Both the position numbers and the translations under genes were made by a program. A DNA stretch of 55,210 nucleotides from a virus (taxonomy: Duplodnaviria > Caudoviricetes): positions 1-55,210 of IMG/VR virus record IMGVR_UViG_3300049053_000107; one strand, 5' to 3'. Below, piece by piece: positions 19,234-28,829 of the stretch (its first letter is position 1; the number at the start of each line of letters is the position of its first letter). The notes under the pieces were generated by a model. It made no database searches and had not been told where the DNA came from. It saw only the letters and a program-made list of their open reading frames with translations.

Positions 19234-19692
19234 CTATATCGTCTGAAAAGATTCCAGGGAAATAAAGTCTTCGCTCAGTATCAAGTTTTTTTTTACTTCA
19301 TCCAGTGTTTCTGCAATTTCACCTGACGTTAATCCTTTTTCACTTAACTCACCTACCAATTTTTGCAATCCCTCCTGCGTATAATCATTGGTCTGTTTAC
19401 CATTTACTGATTTAATCAGGCACCCAAAAGATGCACTTTGGTAATCCATTTCGCTAACAGTGGAAAACAAGGCAAACCGTAAATTCTTTGCCTCTTCCAA
19501 AGCCGGACCTTTCTCATCATTGCTAACAAAAAGCATAAGTTTCTGCAGCCTGTCGTCGATTGCCTGAATGGTGTTACCTATACCTGATTCCTGCAATAAA
19601 AACAAATGCAGTTTTTTTGAAACAGCAATGGGCAATTCTTTTATTGAGCTGTATAGTTCTACTTCCGTATCTGCAATTCTGATTACTTTCAT
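19234..19692 (-). CDS. Tail assembly chaperone (gpG-like)
   Basis: Contains GTA AAA AAA AAC near its 3' end; upstream of tape measure. Confidence 0.7.
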   Translation of the reverse strand: MKVIRIADTEVELYSSIKELPIAVSKKLHLFLLQESGIGNTIQAIDDRLQKLMLFVSNDEKGPALEEAKNLRFALFSTVSEMDYQSASFGCLIKSVNGKQTNDYTQEGLQKLVGELSEKGLTSGEIAETLDEVKKNLILSEDFISLESFQTI

Positions 19693-19952
19693 TTTCTCTG
19701 AATGGTTATAAGTATATTAATTATCCCTGCAACTGTAAGCGGTATTAAAAGCCAATGTGCACCGTAAAGCCATAAAACGTAATACAAAAAACTAACTGGT
19801 ATGGATAACCAAAACGATAAACAAAGGAAACAACCGCCTTCAGGCATCCATGTAGCGCGGGAAAACTCATAGTAATCCAGCCAACCCCATTTGTCAAAAC
19901 ATTGAAGCAGGGTTATCGTTACACCTAATATGGTAATTACTGCTTCTAACAT
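19689..19952 (-). CDS. Small membrane protein with CxxCxSFW motif (DUF1360-like)
   Basis: GCFLCLSFW plus hydrophobic segments. Confidence 0.5.
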   Translation of the reverse strand: MLEAVITILGVTITLLQCFDKWGWLDYYEFSRATWMPEGGCFLCLSFWLSIPVSFLYYVLWLYGAHWLLIPLTVAGIINILITIQRK

Positions 19953-20563
19953 TCTTCGTAATAACCTAGTGTTATATCGAAACGCATCCCAAAAAAAGGA
20001 TGCATTAAATACGGGTTTTTCACATCATCTATCGTGTATCGTGCATATTTTGCTTCATTGATCAAACCATCAAATACCTGTTCTACCCGTTCATCAAAAT
20101 ACTGAATGATGTTTTTTACATACTGATTGCCTTTCAAAATAACTTCCACGTCATGCTTCAGTTCTTCGGTATAGATATAGGTTTTAGCAGGGTCAATTTT
20201 AACTAAGTCGCCCCATATTATTACTGACACCTGGCGCTCTTTGGCATTTTCTCCTGCAGGGTTAAACACTTCACCTACCCAAAATTCCCGGTCACGTACT
20301 GCAAAAAAAGCCATAGATTGGAAACTATCATTCGGTAGTACGTTTATGTACTCCGCCATTTTTGTAGTCGGGTCAATGCCGGCAAAGCATTTTGGTATGC
20401 GGATTAAATTACCTTGACCGTCCTGCTCTTTATGTTCCCATGCCCGGCCAAAGCATTTTTCCAGCCATGGCAATTCTGCGAGCTCTTCTTGCAAACTTTG
20501 TATGGCAGCGTCCAGCCCTACAGGATTTGTAATTGTCGGTATGGGAGGATTGCTATAACTCAT
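19946..20563 (-). CDS. Tail terminator/completion protein candidate
   Basis: Position in neck cluster and size; no diagnostic motif. Confidence 0.45.
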   Translation of the reverse strand: MSYSNPPIPTITNPVGLDAAIQSLQEELAELPWLEKCFGRAWEHKEQDGQGNLIRIPKCFAGIDPTTKMAEYINVLPNDSFQSMAFFAVRDREFWVGEVFNPAGENAKERQVSVIIWGDLVKIDPAKTYIYTEELKHDVEVILKGNQYVKNIIQYFDERVEQVFDGLINEAKYARYTIDDVKNPYLMHPFFGMRFDITLGYYEEC

Positions 20564-21000
20564 CTTACACCTATTGATTGTCTGAATTGTTGAATTATAT
20601 CAGGCCTGATTGCTGCTACCATTAAAGGAATGTTTTGCTTTTTAACACCTAGAGGTTCACCTCCTGTTCTTCTTTTTACATAAGCTCGTAATGTCGCGTT
20701 TTTCCAATCTCTACTATTAATTTCTGTTTTTTCAGCATCAATTATTAAATATCTGGCTTCTCTAAAAGCTCCCGTATTTTTTAAATCTATTGGTTCATGC
20801 CTTCCTTTATAAGCTGCATACCAATTACTGTAAACGCCTAAATTCTGACCGGTTGCATCCTCGCCTTCATCCAACTGCTTTGCACTTAGCTCCAATATTT
20901 CATCTGTGTTTTTTACAATAGCTTCCTGCAATGCCGATAACGGCTGAAACTTTTCCAGCCTGCTCATAAACAAATCTTCTATCCTTGCCAGGTTAGCCAT
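20560..21000 (-). CDS. Neck/tail-completion protein (HK97 gp10-like)
   Basis: PIDLKNTGAF motif; position. Confidence 0.5.
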   Translation of the reverse strand: MANLARIEDLFMSRLEKFQPLSALQEAIVKNTDEILELSAKQLDEGEDATGQNLGVYSNWYAAYKGRHEPIDLKNTGAFREARYLIIDAEKTEINSRDWKNATLRAYVKRRTGGEPLGVKKQNIPLMVAAIRPDIIQQFRQSIGVR

Positions 21001-21295
21001 TTGCTGCTTGTTTATTTTGATGCTGTGCTACTGCGTTTATGTATGCTCCAACACCTGCTTTGCCATCGCTGTTATACAGCTTTTTCATTTGGCGATAATG
21101 GTTAAGCGGAAAAGCTTGCTTTTGCATTGCTCTATACTTGGCCGAACCCATAACAGGTTGCCCCTGCACTTCTCTTACACCTTTTTCAATTAACTCTTTA
21201 CCGGAAACTTTAACGCCAACCGTTATGTTTTGCTCCATAGCAGGCATTTCCCTAGCAATCCTGCGCATGGCTTTTAATTTTAATTTTTTACCCAT
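20993..21295 (-). CDS. Hypothetical basic protein
   Basis: ATG at 21295 overlaps the upstream stop (TAATG). Confidence 0.5.
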   Translation of the reverse strand: MGKKLKLKAMRRIAREMPAMEQNITVGVKVSGKELIEKGVREVQGQPVMGSAKYRAMQKQAFPLNHYRQMKKLYNSDGKAGVGAYINAVAQHQNKQAANG

Positions 21296-22596
21296 TATCT
21301 GAAAATTGATTTTACTCTTATTTGCTGACTGCGATTGTCGCATTTAAGGCACACATCGCTTAACCCGGAAAGATCAAATGATAGCGCTTTACGTGCAGCT
21401 TTCAACTCATTTACGGCCCCCATTTGCCCGTTTTCTGCGTCGTCAAGAGCTATTGCGGCCAAACCAGCTAATTTCTGTTTTAGCTGGTTATCTCTTACAC
21501 TATAGGCCATTTCATAAAGCAGATCGACTTTAATTTGTTTTGCCAGGGCATCGGCCAAAATTGACTTACTGCGCACAAGCACACCTGTTACATCACAGTG
21601 TATCGTTAATTGCAGGTTCAACCCATAAGTCACATTATCCGTATAAATTTCTTTGTCTTCATCCCAAAGACTGTTATCACCGGGTAAGTCAACCGCATTC
21701 ACGTAAAAAGGTTGAATGCTTATGTACTTACTCCATTTAGAGTAAAGATTTGCATTTACTACTTTCTCAGTACAGCTACCGCAATTGCTACTACCTGAAA
21801 AGGAAATTTCTTTTTTAATGGCGTTGCCAGTTAATTGGTCTTCATAGTAAACCAATCGGTAACTACCACCGCTTAAATCGTCGTTCAGTAAGGAAAGTAT
21901 TTCTTGCGTAATACTGTGCCACTGAAACTGTATGCTACGGGTATGGTTTAAAGCAAAAGTTTGTATCGGTTGATCGCTGCTAGTATGGTACAAATAAATG
22001 TTTACAGGGTTTTGCACCGTGTCCAGTTGCAAACCAATATGCGATAAAATCGCAACAGTGTCTTTATGTTTGAGTGAAATTTTATATCCTACTACCCTTC
22101 CGGACTTAGCAACGCGGCCTGTGATATTGCCCGTCCCTTCATAAAGTCTGCTATCGGATAAAAGAGTTTTAGCAGCTTCGTTCAGTTTTTTTTCTGTGAA
22201 AAGCTGACCAAATAGTTTTATACTTGCCGTGTCATACACACGTCTCAAATAAGCAGATAGAAGATTCGTTTCAACCCACCAATCGGCTTCAGTAACCTCT
22301 TTGTTTAAATTGGTATTTTGCAAACTCTGATAAATAACATCTTCTGCAACTTTCTTTACAATGTCACCTTTCTTATAAGTGAACGTATTAACCCATTCAC
22401 GCGGTACTATTGCACTGAATTGTTCAGCAACCACTAACAAATTTTCATAAGTAAGTAGAGGATGCAGATTATTTACATAAATACCAGAAGTACTTACCAA
22501 AAGACTGCTATCCACTACCGGATATCCGGAAATGTAATTGCTCTCAAATCCTACCAAGCCTCTTAATGCTGTTTGTATTAAAGTTGGGTTGTACAT
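21295..22596 (-). CDS. Head-tail adaptor/structural protein candidate
   Basis: First large gene after the capsid operon terminator. Confidence 0.5.
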   Translation of the reverse strand: MYNPTLIQTALRGLVGFESNYISGYPVVDSSLLVSTSGIYVNNLHPLLTYENLLVVAEQFSAIVPREWVNTFTYKKGDIVKKVAEDVIYQSLQNTNLNKEVTEADWWVETNLLSAYLRRVYDTASIKLFGQLFTEKKLNEAAKTLLSDSRLYEGTGNITGRVAKSGRVVGYKISLKHKDTVAILSHIGLQLDTVQNPVNIYLYHTSSDQPIQTFALNHTRSIQFQWHSITQEILSLLNDDLSGGSYRLVYYEDQLTGNAIKKEISFSGSSNCGSCTEKVVNANLYSKWSKYISIQPFYVNAVDLPGDNSLWDEDKEIYTDNVTYGLNLQLTIHCDVTGVLVRSKSILADALAKQIKVDLLYEMAYSVRDNQLKQKLAGLAAIALDDAENGQMGAVNELKAARKALSFDLSGLSDVCLKCDNRSQQIRVKSIFR

Positions 22597-22608
22597 GCAT
22601 TTGAAATT

Positions 22609-22643
22609 AAAAACCCCTGTCGCCGTATGACAGGACAGGGGTT
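22609..22643 (-). terminator. Rho-independent terminator after the capsid operon
   Basis: AACCCCTGTC-N12-GACAGGGGTT stem followed by a T run on the minus strand. Confidence 0.7.
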
Positions 22644-22672
22644 GCTAACCTATTAAATCAAATTATTGGCCT

Positions 22673-23083
22673 TTACCGTCGAATAAGCACCGTTCCCGTT
22701 GGGGATAGATTCACAGTGCCGCTTGTCGTGACTGTCGCTCTGTAGTAATTGTATGTACTTGGTGCGACAGCAAACGTAGCAACTTGTGATGTGACATTCG
22801 TTAAAGTAAACGTACTGGTGCCAGGTACAGTTCCATAATTTGTACCATCGTGACTACCTTCCAATATTACCGTTCCTGCGGCTGTTCCTGTATTACGAGT
22901 TAACAGCACTGCAAAACTTATAGAAGAGGCTTTACCAGTAATAGTTTTAGTAGCGTAGCCCACATCTGTATTTACCAAACTATCATCGGCTGCGCTGACA
23001 GTAAGCGTTTGTACCTGGGCTTTCGCATCCGGCAAAAAAGCCGTCAGTAAAAAGATGCTTAATAAAAAAACTATGAATTTCAT
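22673..23083 (-). CDS. Signal-peptide-bearing beta-rich protein at the capsid decoration locus
   Basis: MKFIVFLLSIFLLTAFLPDAKA|Q; immediately downstream of the major capsid gene. Confidence 0.6.
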   Translation of the reverse strand: MKFIVFLLSIFLLTAFLPDAKAQVQTLTVSAADDSLVNTDVGYATKTITGKASSISFAVLLTRNTGTAAGTVILEGSHDGTNYGTVPGTSTFTLTNVTSQVATFAVAPSTYNYYRATVTTSGTVNLSPTGTVLIRR

Positions 23084-23139
23084 TTTATAAAAATTGACTT
23101 GTGAGTAAATGATAAGGCGGATTAAAAACGTCCAGTCTA

Positions 23140-24192
23140 TTAAGCTTCAGCTAACAGTTCCAATTTCACAATTGGCTTGCTGGTATCTGAGCTGTATGCG
23201 TGTACGAAAAAGAAATCAGCTGCAAACTGGTATTTAGTACCATAAGTTCTTTCGAACCCTGCACCGTATGTACCAGTTAAGTCTTCGCACACATCACTTT
23301 CCTGTACGTCCCAACGAATACCCATGATCGGATCTGTTTGCAAATACGATTTAAGGTTATCGCTTGTTCTGCGGTTCACTGCATCGCTGTCATTTGCAGT
23401 AAATACACCGATCGAACCATTTTGCACCAGGTAATGCGTTTCGGCTACTGCAGGATCAGTGTCATTTTCAATCCGGTTAGAAGTGTAGTGCCTCATACCA
23501 GTAGCACTTGGCAAATCGCCTTCTAATACACCTCTCATATCCTCATTGTTGTACTTGCCCATTGCTTCATACTCCAACATCAATTCGCGGCTTTCCGTGC
23601 TGGCAATGTTCAAAAGCACACCATTCAAGTCATTTCTTGCAGCAATAGAAGGCACGTAGTAGTACAAACGGTTTCTTTTATCATACGTAAGCGTATAACC
23701 GCCTGCTGAAGCAGTTAAACCAGGAAGACCAACAGTTGCATTCACGGCACTTTTATTGGTTTCCAATTGTGCTGCTGCATAAGTGTCCAGATTCACGAGA
23801 ACACTGCGCATGCCGTTCATCACGCCATTTGCGTATTGCTGTTCCAGGGAAATAAGATTGTTATCAGATACTTTCGGATAAACAGAAATTTCAAAACCAC
23901 GGGTGATTTTGCTAATGGTTGGTTTAGCAGATACCGGATTGCTACCAGTGATAGCGCAGGCTCTTGCCGTAATAACCGTTAGGGTCTGTTTAGTAAGTAC
24001 CGGGAAATACAAAGGCACTGCATTTGCATTTGATTTATTGCTTTCCACTTCTTCTTTTGGGAGAAGCAAACGTGCCATATCGAGATACGCTTTAAAAGCG
24101 CCATATACTGAAAATCTGCCTTCAAAAGCAGTGAATTGCCTGCCAGCCCGTATGATCGCTTCGGTTCTGGCGGTGGCTGATAGTTGGGCCAT
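23140..24192 (-). CDS. Major capsid protein
   Basis: 350 aa, follows the scaffold-like gene; position and size. Confidence 0.7.
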   Translation of the reverse strand: MAQLSATARTEAIIRAGRQFTAFEGRFSVYGAFKAYLDMARLLLPKEEVESNKSNANAVPLYFPVLTKQTLTVITARACAITGSNPVSAKPTISKITRGFEISVYPKVSDNNLISLEQQYANGVMNGMRSVLVNLDTYAAAQLETNKSAVNATVGLPGLTASAGGYTLTYDKRNRLYYYVPSIAARNDLNGVLLNIASTESRELMLEYEAMGKYNNEDMRGVLEGDLPSATGMRHYTSNRIENDTDPAVAETHYLVQNGSIGVFTANDSDAVNRRTSDNLKSYLQTDPIMGIRWDVQESDVCEDLTGTYGAGFERTYGTKYQFAADFFFVHAYSSDTSKPIVKLELLAEA

Positions 24193-24230
24193 TTTTAATG
24201 AGTTTTTTAATTAAATAAAAATTGATGTAA

Positions 24231-24249
24231 GAGGTCAGTCTCTTGCCTC
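24231..24249 (-). promoter_or_regulatory. AGAGAC-loop hairpin in the capsid gene leader
   Basis: mRNA GAGGCA-AGAGAC-UGACCUC with one bulged A. Confidence 0.6.
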
Positions 24250-24295
24250 ATTTTTATCTACCCTCATCTTTGGCTCTTGATGTGGAATAAATAAT

Positions 24296-25186
24296 TTATA
24301 TCGCTATGCCTTGTTCTTTACAAAGCTTTTCGAATTGTACTCTGTACTTTTCATCGTCTACTTCAGGATCAAAGCCAGTTGCTTTCAGATGGTCGTGAAC
24401 TTGTTGCCTGGTGGTAAAGGCCCCACCTGCTACACCATTACTGCCACCTGTGCCGGTACCCGTTCCTGTTACTGTATGCTGCGATGGCGTGAACCATGAA
24501 GCATAGTTTTCAGAAATAATGTCGCCGGCAGCTTTTGGCTTACCGTCCTTGGTGCTCATAAGCGGCTTGTCACCTTCATAAAAGATAATATTGCCTTCAC
24601 TATCTTTTTTGGCTTCGTAGCTGCTTAAAAATCCCTGTTTGATAAGAGCTTTTTGCTTGTTTATGTACTGTTGCTTCTCTGCATCAGTTTTCAAATGGAT
24701 GGGCACCGCAATGTTTACTCTATTTAGTTCCGCATCCACTTGCCAGGCAAGTTCTTTATTGAAAATCTCTTGGTCTTTTTTGCTCAGAGTTTGGGTAAAC
24801 TCATTTTCCTTAGTTGTAATTAGGTTTTCCAGTTCTTGCACCCTTGCTTTTGTGGCAGCATCGCCGCCTTTAGCTGCACTTGTCTCGGATAAAGCCCTTT
24901 TTACAAACTCAGTTGTTTTCTCATGCGGACCTTTCTTAAGTCCGGTTAGAGTTTCTAACTCTCCGTCAATTTCATCCATCTTCACACGAAACTCCTGTTT
25001 CAACTTACCCGGTAACAAAACACTTAACTGGTTGTCCAGGTATTGTTGATCCTGCTCCTTCGTGCGAATAACCACATTTTCAGGTGGCGCCTGCATGAAA
25101 TCATTTGTGAAAGAGCTAATCAAACCTTTTTTAAGTTCCGGATCGGTTTTCGCCGCTTCCTGAACTTGTTCTAATGTAACGTTCAT
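24296..25186 (-). CDS. Capsid scaffolding protein candidate
   Basis: Charged coiled coil with a GTGTGTGG linker near the C-terminus; directly upstream of MCP. Confidence 0.65.
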   Translation of the reverse strand: MNVTLEQVQEAAKTDPELKKGLISSFTNDFMQAPPENVVIRTKEQDQQYLDNQLSVLLPGKLKQEFRVKMDEIDGELETLTGLKKGPHEKTTEFVKRALSETSAAKGGDAATKARVQELENLITTKENEFTQTLSKKDQEIFNKELAWQVDAELNRVNIAVPIHLKTDAEKQQYINKQKALIKQGFLSSYEAKKDSEGNIIFYEGDKPLMSTKDGKPKAAGDIISENYASWFTPSQHTVTGTGTGTGGSNGVAGGAFTTRQQVHDHLKATGFDPEVDDEKYRVQFEKLCKEQGIAI

Positions 25187-25197
25187 ATATTAATTGG

Positions 25198-25217
25198 TTA
25201 GTAAGTCTCTTTACTAA
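25198..25217 (-). promoter_or_regulatory. AGAGAC-loop hairpin in the scaffold gene leader
   Basis: mRNA UUAGUAA-AGAGAC-UUACUAA, perfect 7-bp stem. Confidence 0.65.
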
Positions 25218-25717
25218 GCGCCTTGCAGTACTTCAGTTTTTATTTTCGATTCAGTGAAAAAAGTATTGCCTTTGCTGTCTTCTCTGTTCAAACGATCCCA
25301 TGCGTTTTTAGAATAAAATTGCAGGTTCATAGTGTTAGGCACTACGATCATTTCACCATTGAACACGTCCAGGTTATCCTGCACTACTACAACTTTATTT
25401 TTCGCGTTATGGGGAATGAAATGTTGTCTGCCTTTGCTGTCAGTAACGAACTTACCTTTTTCATCTTTCTTTACTTCAGGCTCAATTGCTGCGGCTATTG
25501 GTGTAGGTGAGTTAGCCATTATCTGATCAATCACTTTTTCCCGTTCCATTTCAGGACCTGTCTCAGTGGCAAACACAATTTTCCAACGCTCATCTAACTC
25601 TGCATCACTCAGACTTTCCAGTTCTTCCCTTTTTAGTTGTGCTGGTGTTTTTTCCTGCTGTACTGGTGGTTGATTCTGTGGTGACTGGCTGTTCCTGTTC
25701 GCGTTCCTGTTTGACAT
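25214..25717 (-). CDS. Hypothetical head-morphogenesis-region protein
   Basis: Between portal and scaffold; overlaps the portal 3' end. Confidence 0.55.
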   Translation of the reverse strand: MSNRNANRNSQSPQNQPPVQQEKTPAQLKREELESLSDAELDERWKIVFATETGPEMEREKVIDQIMANSPTPIAAAIEPEVKKDEKGKFVTDSKGRQHFIPHNAKNKVVVVQDNLDVFNGEMIVVPNTMNLQFYSKNAWDRLNREDSKGNTFFTESKIKTEVLQGA

Positions 25718-27419
25718 ATTCTAAAAGTTTTTTAGTAATTACATCTACTTTTTTTTCAACGGTAATCGACATACCCCATTGAACTATATCGCCGTTTGTC
25801 AATTCAAATCTACTAATAAATTTAGCAAAATCTAATTTCAAAAGAAATTTTTCCGGATATTTCTGGTCTAACTGGTATGCCAGGCACTCGGCAAAGGACA
25901 ATTCACTAAAGGGTTCCAGGTAATCCAATAACTGCGCACGTTTCAGTTCATAGGGGTTATTGCGGTACTCCGTTTGTACTAATTGCTTCTTTTTCTGAGC
26001 TGTCAGATAGCCCGACACCCCTACTTCTTTAAAAAGTTTATACTGATCGGCAATGTCTTTTGCTGTATATAGTAAAAATTGTTCGCCGTAATTCACAACA
26101 CAGTTCACATAGTAATCCCCATACATCAAACGCCCCATTGTGTCAACAAAGAACTTCTGTGTGGCTTCAAAATCACGTTTCAATCGTAACAGTACATTTC
26201 TTTTACCTTCTACTGTTACCTGAACCTGTTTTTGATTCACTGCTTCTTTGGTCACTGTCTCATCTGCACTACCTACACAATTAGCATAAACTTCCCATTC
26301 CAGGAAGTCAATTTTCTTTTGTATGTAGTCAAGTGAAGGAATGTGTGGGGCGATTATTTGTACAGCGTCCGGTAATTCCGGATCTCCTTCTTTTGGATAA
26401 GGCCGTGTTACCACGGTACCAGGGCCAGAGAATTGACTTGCTTTTTTTGCGCATGCAGGACAGTCATAAGTAGACGACTTACCTTCCTGATTCATGAAAG
26501 TAACAAGTCCTTCACTACAGCTATTTCCCTCCTTATCCACGTATTCGCATTCTTCTTCCGGCATTACCATTATAGGAAACGGACCGTAAGTTTCATAAAT
26601 ACGTGCTGCTATTTTAAAAAACAATAACCAATCCAGATCGCCTAAATTATCGGAGGCTTGTACCTTTCGCACAATCGCTAAATCATCATCGTTGTAGAGT
26701 GGCGTTTTAGGAAGGAATGTAGCCGGGGTAAAACCAAGGTTGTGAAATGATTCAGATAAAAGACGAAATTCTCTTTCACCATTTTGGCCGGGTTCTTCTG
26801 TTTCTTCCAGTATGCGATAACTCACATCGTCGATAGCAATGTATTTTTTGACAGCTATCTTAAAAATAAAAAGTCCTATGCGCTCATTGCCGGTAAAGTC
26901 ACGTTGCTTAATTACTTCAACAAAATTGCTTACGTCCACTTTGTAGTAATACGGCCGTGGGCGCAGTGTATCTTGCACAGACGGCAAGTCAATTACAAAA
27001 ATGCAATTGGGTTGTGTCTGGTATGCACGAAAAGCAACTGTTTTAAAATACTTGGTAATATCGATCTCCTGCAGGTATTTACGATATTCAACCCGCATGG
27101 TATCATCCAACATTTCTACATCAAAATACGAATCCTGTGCTGTGAACATTTTCTCATATTCATCAAACACAGAATTGCATAAAGCCGTTGTAGCAACAGG
27201 AAAAGCAAACGTATTGCGAAACGCAGTTACTTTATCCGGAGGTAGTAGCTTGCTAACCCATTGCATGAACTCATGAAAGTAGGGGCTAACCTTACCTTCC
27301 CGGTCAACCGCTTTTGTATGAAACTTTATCCTGTTTTCATGAAGTTGGGCTTCACTGATTGCTAAACTACTGTCCGGTGTTCGGATTCTGTCCTTTACTT
27401 GTTGGAGAGATAACACCAT
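25605..27419 (-). CDS. Portal protein
   Basis: About 600 aa, between terL and scaffold/MCP; internal CPAC insert; start probably the ATG at 27419. Confidence 0.7.
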   Translation of the reverse strand: MVLSLQQVKDRIRTPDSSLAISEAQLHENRIKFHTKAVDREGKVSPYFHEFMQWVSKLLPPDKVTAFRNTFAFPVATTALCNSVFDEYEKMFTAQDSYFDVEMLDDTMRVEYRKYLQEIDITKYFKTVAFRAYQTQPNCIFVIDLPSVQDTLRPRPYYYKVDVSNFVEVIKQRDFTGNERIGLFIFKIAVKKYIAIDDVSYRILEETEEPGQNGEREFRLLSESFHNLGFTPATFLPKTPLYNDDDLAIVRKVQASDNLGDLDWLLFFKIAARIYETYGPFPIMVMPEEECEYVDKEGNSCSEGLVTFMNQEGKSSTYDCPACAKKASQFSGPGTVVTRPYPKEGDPELPDAVQIIAPHIPSLDYIQKKIDFLEWEVYANCVGSADETVTKEAVNQKQVQVTVEGKRNVLLRLKRDFEATQKFFVDTMGRLMYGDYYVNCVVNYGEQFLLYTAKDIADQYKLFKEVGVSGYLTAQKKKQLVQTEYRNNPYELKRAQLLDYLEPFSELSFAECLAYQLDQKYPEKFLLKLDFAKFISRFELTNGDIVQWGMSITVEKKVDVITKKLLEYVKQEREQEQPVTTESTTSTAGKNTSTTKKGRTGKSE

Positions 27420-27576
27420 TTTCGTACTTGAAAGGTTGTTTATCAGCAATTACCCATTTGTCTTTATCGCGAACTTTACCTTTTTCCTGAATTTTAAACA
27501 GCTTTTCTGCTGCGGGAATGGTCATGTCTTTCACTTGATCCCCATGAGAGACTTTTATTTTTGTTTGCTCTGCCAT
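27367..27576 (-). CDS. Hypothetical small protein
   Basis: Starts 1 nt after the upstream stop. Confidence 0.55.
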   Translation of the reverse strand: MAEQTKIKVSHGDQVKDMTIPAAEKLFKIQEKGKVRDKDKWVIADKQPFKYENGVISPTSKGQNPNTGQ

Positions 27577-27577
27577 G

Positions 27578-28192
27578 TTAAATAGTTAAAAGGTTAGTGC
27601 CTGTATTTGTAGCCTGTACAATCAGATCATCAGCCCAACCCGGAGGCAGGTCAAATGATACACGGGCAATGTTGTCTTTATTGAAACCTTCTGTACCAGG
27701 ATCACCAGCCATGATGTTGTACACAGGAATACCAGAACCATCGGAGTTTGAAATAACCTGGCCGAAACGATTAACCATGTACATCCAAATGTTTGTATCG
27801 CCAACTGATTCATTTGCCAGTTTACGAAGTGCGTTTAGTTGTGCAGGTGTCCAGTTCTGTGCATCAAGAGTAACCGGCGCAAATCCGCGTCCGTTAAGGC
27901 GAGGCACACCATCGAGAGTTGTATTATCATTGCCGCCCTCTTTCAAAATTTCACCAGGAGGTATCACCACGTTTGGCATACGTGGCGTTTTTACAATCTT
28001 GGTATCATCCGTTTCTGCTAAAAGCGGTGTCCAGGTTGCTACTGCCTTGATTGTTGTTGCTGTGAAGGAAGAAACTGCTTGAATGCGCTGAAAAAAGAAA
28101 CGCTGAAGCTGATCAAAGCGAAACGCACATTCGCTATCGGGTATGTCTGTCAAAAGCTCGTCAGGAGGACAGGTAAAAAGAGCGTCCGGCAT
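27578..28192 (-). CDS. Major virion protein, probable tail tube protein
   Basis: CP..L.DIP..C..F.Q.Q..FQR N-terminus recalled from Bacteroidota siphovirus structural proteins; about 200 aa; no other tube candidate. Confidence 0.5.
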   Translation of the reverse strand: MPDALFTCPPDELLTDIPDSECAFRFDQLQRFFFQRIQAVSSFTATTIKAVATWTPLLAETDDTKIVKTPRMPNVVIPPGEILKEGGNDNTTLDGVPRLNGRGFAPVTLDAQNWTPAQLNALRKLANESVGDTNIWMYMVNRFGQVISNSDGSGIPVYNIMAGDPGTEGFNKDNIARVSFDLPPGWADDLIVQATNTGTNLLTI

Positions 28193-28227
28193 TTTTTAAA
28201 AGTTTAAATGTTTAGGAATTGCTTTTT

Positions 28228-28241
28228 AACCGTCTCTGGCT
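28228..28241 (-). promoter_or_regulatory. AGAGAC-loop hairpin in the leader of 27578..28192
   Basis: mRNA AGCC-AGAGAC-GGUU with one G-U pair. Confidence 0.55.
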
Positions 28242-28355
28242 TGGCGTAAAAATAGAAAAATAATTTGAAATGCTAAGTTTTTTAGTAAATTCGGTTTCTT
28301 CTTTCAGTAAATAGCATGGCACAAAATCGTTAAAACCGAAATTCGGCCTCTGTTT

Positions 28356-28820
28356 TTACAGAGGCTTTTTTATTTCAAGTTTACCTGAGTTATTAACGAT
28401 TACTTCTGCGCTTGTTTCATCTACAATAGCAGGAGTGACTAAAACTTTGCCCGCAGCATCAAAAGGAATTTTGCGTATAGGTTGAGAGACGAGCATAATA
28501 TGTTGTCTACGCATCATTTCATGGTTGATTAGGGCGAGTAAGCGCAAACGTTTTGCTTCTCTACGAGAGTATTTTTTCTTTCTGAGTATGCGGGGTATTT
28601 TTCTTTCGTACCGCGCTAATTCACCAAAGTCTTTAACGGTTTGTTGAGCGAACGAAACGGTTTGATCAAAAATAGCAAGAGCCTTCTGTAACTTAGGGTG
28701 GTTTGCAGCAAGTTCTTTTAGTTCATTTACTACAATCTTATAGCTAGGTTCAAAACTTTTTTGAAACTGCTCAAACTTCTCTTTACTCATGTTCACGTAG
28801 ATACTGTAAGTAGGCTCCAT
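28356..28820 (-). CDS. Hypothetical basic protein
   Basis: 154-aa ORF following terL. Confidence 0.5.
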   Translation of the reverse strand: MEPTYSIYVNMSKEKFEQFQKSFEPSYKIVVNELKELAANHPKLQKALAIFDQTVSFAQQTVKDFGELARYERKIPRILRKKKYSRREAKRLRLLALINHEMMRRQHIMLVSQPIRKIPFDAAGKVLVTPAIVDETSAEVIVNNSGKLEIKKPL

Positions 28821-28829
28821 GGTATAAAT

